Positions 48,998-62,424 are shown, counted from the first letter of the stretch. The stretch: DNA of 64,000 nucleotides from Blastocladiella emersonii ATCC 22665 (GCA_025594325.1 JANHCV010000005.1:930001-994000), one strand, 5' to 3'. Notes: generated by a model not told the origin, from the letters alone. Numbers and translations are program-made.

Positions 48998-49744
48998 CTA
49001 CGCGAGGATCCCCTTGAGCGCGATGCCCTCGACCAGGTCGCGCTCGAGCTCCGCGACAGGCCGCGCCGCGTCGGCGCCGAAGAGCGCGCGGATCGCGGGC
49101 ACGTCCGTGGTGTCGGCGACAGCGGACCACGGCGCGCGCGTGCCCTTGATGAACGGCGCGAGGTCCGTGTGGCCCGCTGGCGTAGTGGGAGCGGAAGAGG
49201 CAGGGTGCGCGCGCACGGCAAGCACGTCGCGCGTCGTCTTGGACAGGCCGAAGGTCGCGAAGGCTTCCTTGATCTACACGCAGGCAGCAGGGGGTTGGCG
49301 AGAGCAGGGAAGGACAGCGCCGGAGCGCGCGTACCATGGACGACGGCGACAGGCAGTACATGATCTCGGCGCCCATCGACCGCGTCTTCATACGCCCCAC
49401 GGCGTGGTTGTGGAACGCGCGGACGAGCGCTGCCTCGAGGTGCCGGGGCGACAAGATCTACGGTACGCCGTCCTCGCGGTCAGTCTGTCGTCCCCTCGCA
49501 CCGCTGAGCCAGTACGCACCATCTTGGCGTTGAGGAACACGACATTCTCAAGCTCAGGCGCGGGCGTCTTCGCCATAGCAGCCTTGATGAGCTCGCCCGC
49601 ATTCGTCACGTCGCGCCAGAGCTCGGCGTCCGCGGTGCCCAGCGCGGGGGGCGCGGGCGACGCGGCGTCGGCGGACGCCGGGAGCGGCGGGCGCGACAGG
49701 ACGAGCGTCGTGGCGTACATGACTGGTTGCATCGAGTCGTTCAT
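48998..49744 (-). CDS. CGI121: KEOPS/EKC subunit Cgi121 (TPRKB)
   Basis: LWRDVTNAGEL, GRMKTRSMGAEIMYCLSPS, IKEAFATFGLS; two introns. Start could be 49744, 49732 or 49720. Confidence 0.9.
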
Positions 49745-49763
49745 GGATGGACACACAAATGTA

Positions 49764-52700
49764 TTACACCGCTGGCCGCGGCATGAGATCGACGGCCCCA
49801 CCCGTGGCCGCCGCGACCCGCGCCGCGACCTCGGCCCAGCTCACGACCTTGAACGTCGCGTCGCGTACGACCCGGCTCTCATCCCCGGGCTTCGTCGTCG
49901 CGTCGTCGTGGACAACCACGAGCCCGGCATCGTACGGGCCGATGGCGGCCGACGTGACGGCGAGCGAGTCGGTCTTGGTGACCGCGTCGGTGCTCGGCCC
50001 GCGCGCGACGTGCAGGACGCCGAGCTGCGGCGTGGCGCCGTCGAGCACCCGCGTCACGTCGTAGATGGCGACGGCGTTCTGGCCCTGGCTCGACACCAGG
50101 AGGAACCGGCGCGCGTCGTTGGGGGTGGGGGACATGTACAGGCCGAGACCCTCAACGTCCCGCCGCAGGGTCCCGTTCGGGTGCGCGCCGACGGTCGCGT
50201 CGAGGAGCCGCGGCCACGCGGTTGCGCTACTCGCCTCGCGGGCGAGTTGGGGAGGCCAGTTTGGGATAGTGGGCGTGACGGGCACCCCCGCGTCGAGCCG
50301 GTACGCCCACACGCCGACGGCCTCCTCGCCGACGTACAGCACCCCGAGGTCCGTGTCGGCCTCGCAGTTCTCGAGCTGCGACCCGCGCCCGACCGTCCAC
50401 GACTTGCCCGCGCGCAGCCGCGGGACCGCCGGCTGCCCGCTGGCAGTGTCGGAGAGCGACAGCTGGTACTGGTGCGCGACGCCCGATTTGGTCGGGAGCA
50501 CGAGCCACGAGTCGGTGCGGTGCGCGCGCGGCGTGCTCGTCGTGTACGCGCACGAGCCGTACACTTCGACCCGCGCGGCGTCGAGCGGGATCAGGTGGTC
50601 GGTGAGCGGGACGAGGGCCGCGGGCGGCGGGTCGGTGGACGTGGCGGTGGTGCGGTTGCTGAGGTGCAGGAACGCGTCGGGGTCGATTCGCCTACATACA
50701 CCGCTCCGCGTCAGTCGCGTCCACCGTGAGTGAGGAACCATGGCGCGTACCAGACCGCGATCCCGTTAACCCCGCCCCTTACGCCCGCCACCGCGACATC
50801 CACGACCCTGACGACCTGCCCCGTCGTCTCACTCACGACAGGCACGTCGTACAGCACACTGACCGAGTTGAGCCCCGCCCCGCTCGGCACCCCCACAAAC
50901 CCGACCTCGCGCCCGCCGTCGACCAGCCACACGTGGAGCCCGCCGTCGCCGCGCGCATGGCTCTTGGTCGTGCCCAGGACCGCCGACGCGCCGCGGTGCG
51001 TCGGGTGCACGTACACGGCCGCGTCGTCGTTATCGTCGGCGCGCGGGCGGGTCGACGTCAGCGTGCGGTTGGCGGGGACCGCGATCAGGGTGCACCGCGA
51101 GCCGGTCCAGCCGGGCGCGCAGTGGCAGGTGCCCAGGGTAAAGGTGCCGTGCGGGCCGCAGTACGACGGGTCTGGGGCGGCGCACCGCGCGCCCGTGTAC
51201 CCCTCGAAGCACGCGCAGGTGCCCGTGGCGGGGTCGCACTCGCCGCTCCCGCTGCACGTAGAGCACGCCACCGCGGTGGTGAACATCGGGTCCACGACGC
51301 CCGGCGGATCGACGAGCGACTCGGGCAGCCGCAGGCCGCGGAGCACCTGGTCGAGCGGGAGGAGGCGGTACCCGGGCTTCGTACCACTCCCCTCGCGCTT
51401 CTTGGCGTGCACGGCCCACATGCCGTTCGGGAACAGCGACCCGAGCGCGAGCGAGGTGGCCGCCATGGCGTTGGTCCCGTGCGGCAGGTCCGGGAGGGCG
51501 AAATCGGCCGCGAGCCACCACCCACTTGGGGAGTGCGCGAGAAGGAGAAACTGGCCGTTGGCGCGCGAGACGAGCAGGAAGGCGGTACGTAGCTCGAGCG
51601 AGTAGAAGCCGAGCATCGACGCGGGTTTCGTCGCGGACCGCGTCATGGCGAGCGAGGACCACGAGGGCGGTGGGGCGGGGAGGTCCCCGCCGAGCGGGAC
51701 GGAGGTGATGGTGTCCATGGCGGCGGGCGCGAGGATGACGCGCGGCGTGGGGTCGGTGGAGGTCGGGCTCAGGTCAGCCTCGGCAATGGCGCCCCACGAC
51801 GTCGCGAACTGGACGCGGTGGCGGTGCAGCGGCGACAGGACGCACGCGGTCACGGTCTCGCCGGGCCGGAGTGGGAGGCGGACCGAGTGAAGCTATGTGA
51901 GGGTCGAGTGTGAGTTGTCGAACGCACGCGCAGACTCGAGGGAGAGAGCGTACCGGCACAATCGCCTCGCTGCCCGCCGTCGTATTCAGCGCGAGGAGGC
52001 GGAGCCCGCCGCCCTTTTCCGCGACCACGGCGTAGCTCACCACCTTCGCCGCCCCCGCTCCCGCGCAGATGGCCGTCACGTCCTCCTCGTCCAGTACGCG
52101 CGTCGCGCGCGGCACATGCATCCCGTTGGCGAGGACCGCGAACAACGTAAAGTTGGACGACACGGACGACCACGCGACGACAAACGGTTTCTGCGGGACC
52201 GCGGCGACCCACTTGACGCGGCCGAACGGGGCGCCGCGGCGCAGCGTCGGGAGCTCGCCGCCGCCCTCGCCGGCCAGCGGCTGGTCGAGCAGCGCCCACT
52301 CGAGCCCGCCCGCGACGGACGCGTTGGCCCACACGACGCCCGGCGCGAGCGCGTCAGCGGCAGGCGGCGTCACGAGCGCGACGCCTTTCCCGTCGCCCGT
52401 CGCGACCGTGTACGGGTACGTGGTCGCGATCGGCCACGGGCGCGCGCGGGACGTGGGTTGCCGCGCGAGGAGTGAGCGTAGGTCGCGCACGCGGCGGTCG
52501 GGCGTGGGCAGCGGGCGCTGCGCGAGCAGGAAGACGAGCACGACGAGGAGGGTGGACGCAATCAGCTTATCGCGCAGGCGGACGGGCGGCGGGCGGGCGA
52601 ACCGGATCCGCGACGTGCGACGGCGGTGGTGGGTGGGAAGTGCATCGATCAGACCGCGCGAGGAGCCGGCGTCGGTTCCTCCGCCCCACGGATCCTCGTC

Positions 52701-52877
52701 GTCGGGGCTCGGCCCTTCGGGCGTCAGTACGGGATCGGACGACATCCACGCGCCGTCGGTGCCGGTTCCCGCGGTGGTGACGAGGCGCACGCGGTCCGAC
52801 TGCGATGGCGGGCGCGGGCGCGGCGATGGGCCCCTTGCGGTCGCGGCGGCGAGTTCGTGTGCTTCCTGAGTTTTCAT
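49764..52877 (-). CDS. Beta-propeller (3-)phytase: degenerate propeller, EGF-like repeats, propeller; N-terminal TM anchor
   Basis: DDAAVYVHP...VLGTTK..GGLHVW, LNSV, VYGSC, QLENCEAD...LYVGEEAVGVW, DVEGLGLY, FLLVSSQG, TDSL; two EGF-like Cys repeats (about 51100-51270); TM LIASTLLVVLVFLLA. Confidence 0.85.
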
Positions 52878-53485
52878 TGTAGTGTGCGGCGCGTGGAGAG
52901 GAGAGAAAGGCAAAGAAGGGTGCGTGAACGACGCGCTTTGGCGGGGTGGCGCGATCGGCGCGGTCATGCGCGGCACGTGGGCGACGCACCTGTCTCAAGC
53001 GGGAGACACTTTTGCTTCCGCCGCTGCCGCTCTGCCGCCTCTCCCAATCGAACGCGCTCATGTACACTGCCATGGCGCCAGCATGCCGCGCGCGCTCGGT
53101 GCAACGTGCCCGCGCGCGTGAGACATTTTACCCGGCGGGCGGGTGCCGGCCGCCATTCGCTGCTGCTGGGACACGCCGCCATGTGATCTAATCGAACGCT
53201 ATACGCCGTGATCTCGCCCCTCATCGAGCGCGCGCGCGACCAATCACCGCCCGACCAACCAAACCCTGCAACCCCACGCACTGCGCGTATGTAATGCCCG
53301 ATGACTCGCTGCCCGGCGCGCCACACCGCTGCACGCCGATTCGACGGCTCATGGAACTGACCGCCGCCACCGGGCTGCGCCGCAATCTGCGCTAGGCCTC
53401 GTCCCGTTGACCCGGAAGTGGCTTGGCCGCTGCAACCTTCTGCTGCGCTTCTTCACCCGCGACGCGCTGCCGCCTCCGCCCCACG

Positions 53486-56400
53486 ATGGCGGACCCAGGT
53501 GTATCCGCGGACACCGGCTCCGGCTCCGGCTCCGGCACCCCGCACCCGCTGCCCCCGCTCCCGTTCCCGCTCGCGGACCGCACGTCGTCGGACCTGATCC
53601 GCGAGGACTCGCTCCTGCACCAGTTCATCAGCAGCGCCGCCGACCTGCACGACGACGGATCCGCTTCCGCTGCTTCCCCCTCCGCCTCGGCCTCTGCATA
53701 CGGCAACGACGCCCTGCTCCTGCTCCCGCCGCTTGCGGCCCCGACCCCACCACCCCCGCTGCCCGATCCCTCGTCCGGCGGCACGCCCGACCCGCACGCG
53801 TCGCTGCACTCGTCGCCCGCGGCTGCCGGCACCTACTACCGCGGGTACTACCACCACTACCCCGCCGCCGACGCCTCGAGCACCGGCTCCTCGCCGCTAC
53901 GCCGCCCGCTCGGCTCGCCGCCCGCGCAGTCGCCCGTGCTCCCCACGTCGCTCCCGTTCGACCAGCTCCTGTCGCAGACCGCGGCCACCGACACGGACGC
54001 TGACCAGCCGCGCTCGCTCGGCCCGCGCACGCTCTCGCTGCTGTCGCCGATCCAGCGCATCGCGTCGGCGTTCGGTAACGACCTGTTTGCGCCGGCGACG
54101 GGCTCCATCCCGGCAACGACGAGTCCGCGCTCGCCGCGACGACACGTGGTCGACCTCGAGCTGCACGGCGACTTCCCCGACAGCGGCGACGAAGGCGGCG
54201 ATCAGTTCCCCGATCACGCCCGTGGCGCGCACCTCCACCACCACCACCGGCCGTCGCTCCCGCTCGAGTCGTTTCCCTTCGAGAGCGACCTCGCGTCGGT
54301 TGAGCCACTGCGAGACACGGAAGAACTCGGTGGCGCGGCGCCTCCCCCGTCCCCGCCTGCCGCGGACCCGACCCACCGGGCCGCGCCCAATCGATCATTG
54401 CTGCATCACCACCGCCACGCGCTGCCGCTGGAACACCCGGCGCCGGCGCCTGCAGCTGCCGCTCCTCTCCTCCCGCAGCTGGCCCCGGGATCGGCGCGCG
54501 TCGCTCCGCCGCTCGACGTCTCCGCCGCCCACTTCCCCACCTCCGTCAACGGCAACTCGTTTGTGGCGAACGTCGGTCAAGACGAGTGGAACCTCTCGGG
54601 TACGCCTTTCACTTCTCTTCGTCTCCCTCGTCTGGGTCGTGGCGCACGGCGACCACGGGACCCCGCGCCGCGGCGACCGACGCGTTGCGTTTGAGAGTCC
54701 CCTTGCAGCCTCGCGACTTTGCGCGCCCTTCTTCCCCGCTTCCCCCGCCTCCCCTCTTCCCCTCTCACGCCCACGGTCCACGGCTCTCGCGCGCGCACCG
54801 GCGCCCTGCCCGCTTGCTTGTGTCTTCACCCCTCCACCACCACCTCGCCTCGCCGCCCTGCCCTTGCCCCGATCGGTGCGTGACCCACCGCGCCCGTGGA
54901 CCGTGGCCGCCGTGACCGGCGTGTCGATCATCGCCCTGCTCGTCGTGTCGTCATCGCAGTCCCATGCTAATACTTGTGTGCCCATGCTCTCTACCACGAT
55001 AGCCGAATTCCGCCACCTGCGCGACGAACTCGCCGCCGCCCACCTCACCACCGCTGCGGCTTCCTCGACGTCGATCATCATGGCCGGCCCTCCACCGCCG
55101 CCGCCACCGTCGTCGGCGCCAGCGCCGAACCTGCAGCCGATCATGGGCATGTACGGCCACCAGCAGCAACCGCAGCAGCAGCTCAGCTTCCCCGCCGGTC
55201 CGTCGCTGTCGAGCCTCCCGCTCCCGCAGCCGCACTCGGCGCCCGCGACCACGGTCAGCTTCGCGTCTCCGCCCCCGCCGCCGCCGCAGCAGCAGCAGCA
55301 GCAGACGTCGGCGCTCGGCTTCGTGACGACGCTCGATTCGCACTCGGGCGCCGCGTCGACGTCGCGACTCAGCTCGATGCCGCCGCAGCTCGCCGAGATC
55401 CCGGACTGGGCCCAGATCACCGCCGCCGCCGCTGCAGGGAACGCTGCGCTCCAGCAGCCGCAAGCACTTCCGCCGCTCCCGCCGCTGCCGCCGCAATCTG
55501 CCGCGGCGCCGTCGCCCGCGCAGAGCAAGAAGACGAAGAAGCTCGCGCCGAAATCGAAACCGAAACCCAAACCCGCGTCGCCGCCGGCGCGCGCGGGCAA
55601 CGCGCGGCCTGGGCGGAAGCCGTCCTCGTCCGGCGCCGGCGACCTCGACGAGCAGCACCGGTCCGACGACGATTTCGGCGACGGGGGCGATCTCGACGAC
55701 ACGGCGTCGACGCTGCGGCTCATGCAGTCCGCGCGCGCCGCCAACGCCGCGGCCGCGGCCGCCATGTCCATGTCCATGTCCGCGGGCCTGCCCAAGGAGG
55801 ACGACGACGACGGCGCGGGCGCAGGCGGCGCCGGGGCTGGGACCGGCCGCAAGAAGAAGAAGAAGAAGAACATCTTCTGCGCCGAGCACCGCGACTACCT
55901 GCTCAACTACTTTGCCACCGTGACCCGCACGCCCGACCGCGTCCAGCGCGACGATATCGTCAAGGTCGTCGGGACCAACGAGAAGACGATCCGGATCTGG
56001 TTCCAGAACCAGAGGCAGAAGATTGTGCGGCTCGCGCGGCGCAGCCAGCTCCAGGCGGACCGCGCGGCGGCCGAGCAGGCGGTCGCTGCGGGCGGGGGCA
56101 GTGGTGGGTTGGTGCCGGCTGCCGCTGTGCACCATCTCCAGGACCCCGACTTTCTCAACCACCCGTTCGCGCCCACACCTGTCATGGGGTCACCGGCGGC
56201 GGCGGCGTCGGCCGCGACGCAGAACGCGTACGGGTCCGGCCCGCTCGGGTCCAACATCGTCCTGCGGCCCGTCGCCGACATGCGCCAGCAGCCTGCGCAG
56301 CAGCAGCAGCACCACGAGGTCATGGTCCCGCCACGGCCACCGCCGCCGCCAGCGACCTCGACGGCGCAGTCCATACCGGCGCCCGTGCCCTCGCCCGGGT

Positions 56401-57590
56401 TCATGGTCCACCACCACCAGCAGCACCACGCGTCGCCGGCGTCCCAGCAGCAGCAGCAGCAGCAGCAGTTTGTCCCGCCACAACAGCCTCAGCACCAGCA
56501 GTTCCTCCCGCCGCACTCGGCCCCACACCACCACCAGCACCAGCACCACGCGCACCCGGCGGGCGGCGTGATCGGTTCCTCGGCCATCATGAACCGCGGG
56601 CACGTCCTGAGTCCCGTCACCCCGACCTTCATGCCGCCGCACTCTTCCTCGAGCGGCCAGCACCCGCACCCGCACCCGCACCCGCACCCGCACCACTACC
56701 ACCCGTACCACCATTCGGCGCACACCAACAACGGCACCTTCCGCCGCCCATCGTCGCAGCAGCACACGTCGGCGCCGACCTCAACCTCGACGAGCCCGTT
56801 CCAGCCCGCGCAGCTGCGCCCGGACCACGCCGCCGAGCCGAACCCGTTCGAGGTCGCGTTCACGGGCCCGTCGCCGCCCGTCCCGGCCGGGATCGCGTAC
56901 CACTACGGGTCCGTGGCGCAGACACCCACGTCGATGCAGTTCCCCGCGTCGCGCTCGGCGACGGGCACCCCGGGCCCCGCCGTCGGCGTGCATTACCCGT
57001 CCCCCGAGATCAAGCGGTACCCGCCCATCGCGCCCGCGCCGCCGCGGCAGCCGCAGCAGCAGCCGCCGCAGCAGCATACGCAGGCTGTGTTCGTCCTCCC
57101 GCAGCCCCCGCACGCCGGCGAGGACCTGTTCGCGGCGCTCCCGCTCCCGCCCATGTCGTCGCTCGCGCATTACGACGGCGGCAACGGCGGCAACGGGTTT
57201 GCGCCGCCGCCGCCGCCGCCGCCGGGCGGGCACCCGCAGGTCGGCGGCAACGGCGGGTTTGCGCCGCTGCAGCCGCAGGTGACGTCCGCGCTCGGGTTAT
57301 ACGACCCGACCAAGATGGGGGCGCCCACGGGGCCTGCGGTCGCGGGTCCGTTCCAGAGCGCGCCGATACCTCAGCACCACCACCAGTCGCTCGTCGCGGC
57401 ACTCCCACTAGAAGTACCCGCGTTCCAGGGCCACGGCGGCGTTCCCGGAAGCGCGTCGGTCACGTCGTCCATGTACGCGTTCGGGTCGCCGCACGGCGGC
57501 AACGGGACCGGGACCGCGACCGCGACCGGGAGTATGGCGGGCACGACCACGTCGTACCATGCCGGCACGACCACGTCGTCGTACGAGTGA
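53486..57590 (+). CDS. Homeodomain transcription factor
   Basis: Homeodomain at about 55848-56042 (KKKKNIF...LLNYF...P...IRIWFQNQRQK); low-complexity P/Q/H/A regions; predicted 403-nt intron 54600-55002. Confidence 0.85.
56661..56690 (+). repeat. (CACCCG)n hexamer repeat encoding poly(His-Pro)
   Basis: Direct inspection: CACCCG repeated about 5 times within the homeobox CDS. Confidence 0.85.
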
Positions 57591-58058
57591 GGTCGCGGGC
57601 GGCGAAGGAGTGATGTAGAGTAGACGAAACGAGGTGAGGTGAGGCGAGAGAGAGTTAATCCATCAGTGGCAGTGCTTGCGCACGTTTGTATATGCGGACG
57701 AATGAATGAATCAATCGGTTGTACAGACAAGACTCGGTCGCCGGCGGCGGCGCGTGAAGGGCGGAGGGAGGCGAGCGAGCAAGCAAGCGAGGAGGACGCG
57801 CTGCGCCACCCGAGTACCGCCAGCAGATCAGACCTCCGTCCCCCTCGGCGCTTGGCTGCTCTCGACGCTCGACTCGGGACCAGGGCGCAGCAGAGCGCAG
57901 CGAAGGTGGAAGCCAAGTTGTACATTTTCGTTTTGCGGGGGGGCCAGAGGGGGGTAACAGCACAGAAAGGTGGGAAGGGACGGATCAAAAACGCTGCCGC
58001 TATTGTCGCCGCCGCCGTGGCAGCAGCGAGCGAGCGGGTCCACACGCCGGGGACAGGT

Positions 58059-58813
58059 CTAGTACGAGCGGGCGGCCGCGACGTACATGGCGATGTAGGC
58101 GCCCTACACGTCAAAGTGTCAGTGACGAGCTCAAGATCAGCAACGGCCGCAGAAAACGCACCCAGCCCATGATGCTGATCCACGAAAAGGCAACGGCGAT
58201 GGACAGGCGCGAGTGGCGCGGGACGCCGTCGCTGTCAATGACCTTGGAGCACGACACGGTCGATGCGTCGATGCCCGGGCTGAAGCGCTTGGTGAACTCG
58301 CCGACTGAGCCGCACGTCGCCGAGAGGCCGGCCGAGGTGTTGATGGCGAAGACTGTTGGGTTGCGGGATGTGAGCGGTTGCTCGCAGCGTACAGCACGGT
58401 CAAGCGAGCGTACTCAGAACGGTCAGGGCGACGACGGCGCCGCAGATGGCAAACGACCAGTACCAGCGCTGCTGGACGTTGGAGTAGATGTTCTGGGCCA
58501 TCTTGCCCGAGCGCTCGGCGTAGAAGTGGTAGCAGATGATGGCGACGGTCATGGCGAGCACGGTGAGCCCCGAGTTGATGGAGGTGCGGCACCCGGCGTC
58601 CTGCAGGAACAGGATCGGGTCGGCGAACTTGTCGGCGGTCATGTACAGCGTGCACACCTCGATGGCGTTGGTCATCGAGTAGACGGCGTAGCTGTTGAGC
58701 GACACGAGCAGCGACGTGGTCAGCGCCAGCAGCGTCTGCACGCCCAGCAGGATGAACAGGATCCGCCCGCTGTTGGCCGTCATGCGGTAGTAGAGCTTGT
58801 CGAGGACCGCCAT
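58059..58813 (-). CDS. Four-TM membrane protein (MARVEL-like topology)
   Basis: Four hydrophobic segments; Cys pairs in loops; two GT-AG introns rejoin to end ...MGWGAYIAMYVAAARSY-stop. Confidence 0.65.
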
Positions 58814-59126
58814 TTTCCGTGATTCCGTTGCAATATTTGATCCGTGGTTGCCAAGAGCGAAAGAGAGAGCGAGGATCAGCGGCCCATCACGCTACAAGGT
58901 GGAGAACGGCCACCGCAGCCACTTTCCCTCGCGAGGCTATCGTGCTGCAGCGGACGCACCCCATTGGCTGGATCCGGCCCGCACGTGCATTCTCGAACCC
59001 CGGAACCCACACCGCGAATCCGCGCTCACGTGCGTGGTGAAACCCGCGTTTTGCGCTCGCTGCGGCCAAGTCGCGTCGCCACGCCGCGCCTCTTGCTCCT
59101 TCTCATCACCCTCAATGAAAGAGCAA

Positions 59127-60320
59127 ATGTCGTGCCCGACAGTCCGCGCATTCCTCGCGCAGGCGCGCGCACGCATCCTCGCCGGCGAGCGGCCCGCGTG
59201 GGTGGTCCTCGGCAACGAGGCGGCCGGTCTGTGATCCGCCACCCCTTGGGTCCCCGGCCGACCTGACCGTGCTGGATGCAGTGTAGACCTCGACTCGGCG
59301 ATTGCATCGCTCATCTACGCGTACGGGCTGCACCTCGCGACGGGCGCGTTCGCGGTGCCCGCGCTGCCGATCCCGCTCGCCGACTTGCCCCTGCGCACCG
59401 AGGTGACCGCGTTCCTCGACGACGGGCTGCTGCCGTGGTCCACGCTCTTGACCAGCGAGGACCTGAGCGTGCTCCTGCCGCTGATGGGCCCGCCGCCCGG
59501 CACGCACGTCGCGCTCGTCGACTTCAACGTGCTCCCGCCGTCGCTGCAGCACGTGTCCCCCGCCGTGAGCGCGATCCTCGACCACCACGCCGACGGCGGC
59601 CACTTCCCTGCGGCGAGCCCGCGCGTCGTCGAGGTGGTCGGGTCCGCGACCTCGCTCGTCGTGCGCCACTTCCGCGAGGTCTTTGACCGCCAGCCCGCCG
59701 CGGTCAAGGCCGAGATCGGCGCGCTCGCGCTCGGCCCGATCGTCGTCGACACGGTCAACTTTGACCCGGCCATGGCGCGCGCCACGCCCGTCGACGTCAC
59801 CGCCACCGAATGGTGCATGGCGGCCGCGGGGACCGACGTCGCGCACCGCACGGCGCTGTTCGAGCGGCTCAACGCCGCGAAACTCGCCATCGCGCACCTC
59901 GCGACGCGCGACCTCCTGCGCAAGGACTACAAGGAGTACGAGCTCAACGGCGCCGGTGGGCGGTACGGCATCAGCTCCGTGACGTGGGACCTCGACGCGT
60001 GGCGCGCCCGCGACGGGGCTGCCGCCGTGGCCAAGGACGCGCGCGAGTACCTCTCGCAGCGCGAGCTCCGCGCGCTCTTCATCTTCACGGCCTTCACCGA
60101 CGCGCGCGGCGCATTTGCCCGCCAGCTCGCCGTCGTCGCGCCCGAGTCCGGGATCGCGGACCGGATCGTCGCGGGGATCCAGGCCGGCGCGCCCGAGGTG
60201 CAGCTCGAGGTGGCTCGGGATCCCGAAGACGTGCTCCCCGTGCACAGCGTGCGCAACCTCAAGATGTCGCGCAAGCTGTTCCAGCCGCTGCTGCACCGCG
60301 TCCTCCTCGCCCGCCTGTGA
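59127..60320 (+). CDS. PPX1: DHH-family exopolyphosphatase (Ppx1/Prune)
   Basis: GNEAA/DLDS across an intron, LVDFN, ILDHH, VGSATSLV, DT.NF, LLRKDYKE, SRK..QP. Confidence 0.93.
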
Positions 60321-60682
60321 GGGCGAGAATACACTTCCTAGATGATCATTGTCGCTCACGTCATCGCGGACACAACGGGCCGATCGGAAGCCCCAGCGCG
60401 CTGAGCCGTGCAGCAGTGCGTCGCCTTCGCTGATGAAACTCGCTTCACCTGGTGTGCAACAGCGATGCGCAGGTCGCTGCCGCCAATTTTGGTTGGTGGT
60501 CGTGGGTGCGCAGCAAACTCGCTCGCTGCCGTCTCGCTGACCTTGTTCATCCGGCTCCGTCCCCTGCCTCCTTCAAGAGCCGGGGCCAGCAGCGCACGCG
60601 GCTCTCGCTCTCCCACACTCCCTCATCTGCAACGTAGCGCGACTCGCCGCGACCGACTCGCCACTCGATGCAATCACCCAAG

Positions 60683-62424
60683 ATGGCCTCCCAGGCGGCC
60701 GGCACGGGCTCCGGGACCGGCACCGGCGCCGCTGCCCCGAAACCTAACCTGCCGTACCTCTACTTCTGCGCCCTGACCTCGGTCGTCGGCTTCTTCCACT
60801 ACGGCTACCACCTCGGGTACGTCTGTCCCTGACGTGCGCGACGTGCTGCCGCTGCACCGCACCGCACGCTTGCGTGGGAGCGAGCGAGTGCGGGGGTGGC
60901 TCAGCTGCATCGACCTGCGCGCGCGTGTGTGTGCATCGACCCCGAGTCTCACCGTCCACCGCACCCACCTTTCGTAGCGAGCTCAACAACATCTCGCAGC
61001 TGCTGCCGTGCAAGTCGATTTCCGTGTCTGACCCCGTCTCCAGCTTCCTCGGTCTCGACCTGCCGCCGTGCATCCCGATGACTACGATGCAGTTCTCCTT
61101 CTCGAACGGCATCTACGCGCTGGCGGGCACCGTCGGCGCGGTGCTCGCGGGCCCGGCGTCGCAGCGGTTCGGCCGCCTGCGCGTCTTCCAGGCGCTCTCG
61201 CTCCCGTTCCTCCTCTCGCCCATCGCGCTGGCGCTCGCCAACAACTACGCGTGGCTGCTCGTCGGCCGGTTCCTCGCCGGTCTCGGGACGGGCGGGTCGG
61301 CCACCGTGATCCCCGTCTACCTCAGCGAAATCTCCCCGCCGGCGCTGCGCGGGACCATCGGCAACCTGTCGTCGGCGGCGATTGCCACGGGGCTCGCGAT
61401 CGCCGGGACGACGGGATACGTCTGGGCGTCGGCGCCCGAGTGGCGGTGGATCGTCGCCTTCTCGCTCGTCACCACGGTCGTCCAGGCCGCCCTGCTCCCG
61501 TTCTGCGCGCAGTCGCCGCTCTGGCTCATGTCCCGCGGACGCGCCGTCGAGGCGCGCCAGGCGGCCGCGAAGCTCGGGCTCGCGCTCGACGAGGAGGACG
61601 AGGAGGGCGACGACGAGCACGGTGGTGCCGCGGACGAGGACGTGAAGCGTGCTGACGGCCCGTCGTCGACGTCCGAGGCGACTGAGCTCATGCCCACCGC
61701 CAGCTCCGCGACCCCTGCCGCCGCCTCCCCCGAGTCGTCGCGCAACGTGACGCCGTGGGAGTTTGTGACGCGGCGCGAGCACCGTCGCTCGTTCCTGATC
61801 CTGCTGCTGGCGCACATGTCGCAGCAGTTTTCGGGGATCAACGTGTACTTTGTGTACGCGTTCAACATCCTGACGCTCATCTTCACGCCGGCCCAGGCCA
61901 ACCTGTTCTACCTGATCCTCGCCTACTACAACATCCCGATCAACTGGCTGCCCGGCCTCATCGTCGACCGGCTCGGCCGCCGCCCGCTCATTCTCGTGAC
62001 CATGGCCGGCATGGCCCTCTTCGCGGCGCTCTTCACCGTGTCCGTGATCGTCGACGCGCCCGTCATGTCCATGATCATGTTCGTCGCGGCCGTCTCGATC
62101 TTCGCGCTCGGCCTGTCGAACGTGCCCTTCATCCTCGTCGCCGAGGTGGTCCCGGGGAACGCGATCGGCGCGGCCGCCAGCGTCGCCCAGGTCGTCAACA
62201 CGCTGTCGTCGTTCGTCATCCTGTTCGTGTTCCCGCTCCTCCTCGAGCCCCTCGGCGGGTACACGTTCCTCTTCTTCACGGGATACCTCGTCCTCGCGGG
62301 CATCGCCCTCGCGGCGATTCTGCCCGAGACGAAGGGACGGTCGCCCAGCGATGTCGTCGCCGAGCTCCGGATGCGGTCGGGGATTCTCCCGGACGATGGC
62401 GGCGAGCATCCGGCGGCCGCGTGA
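60683..62424 (+). CDS. MFS sugar-porter family transporter (vacuolar YBR241C/Vps73-like)
   Basis: GYHL/SELN, C.....CIPM, FGR loop, YLSEISPPALRG, QQFSGIN, DRLGRRPL, PETKG; one intron. Confidence 0.9.

Noticed and set aside
45638-49744. tRNA-modification cluster (URM1, CGI121, with MSS1 elsewhere) and a mitochondrial-gene cluster (COX17, FKBP, NDUFA5)
   Set aside because: Housekeeping genes of these classes are common, so adjacency is expected by chance without synteny evidence.
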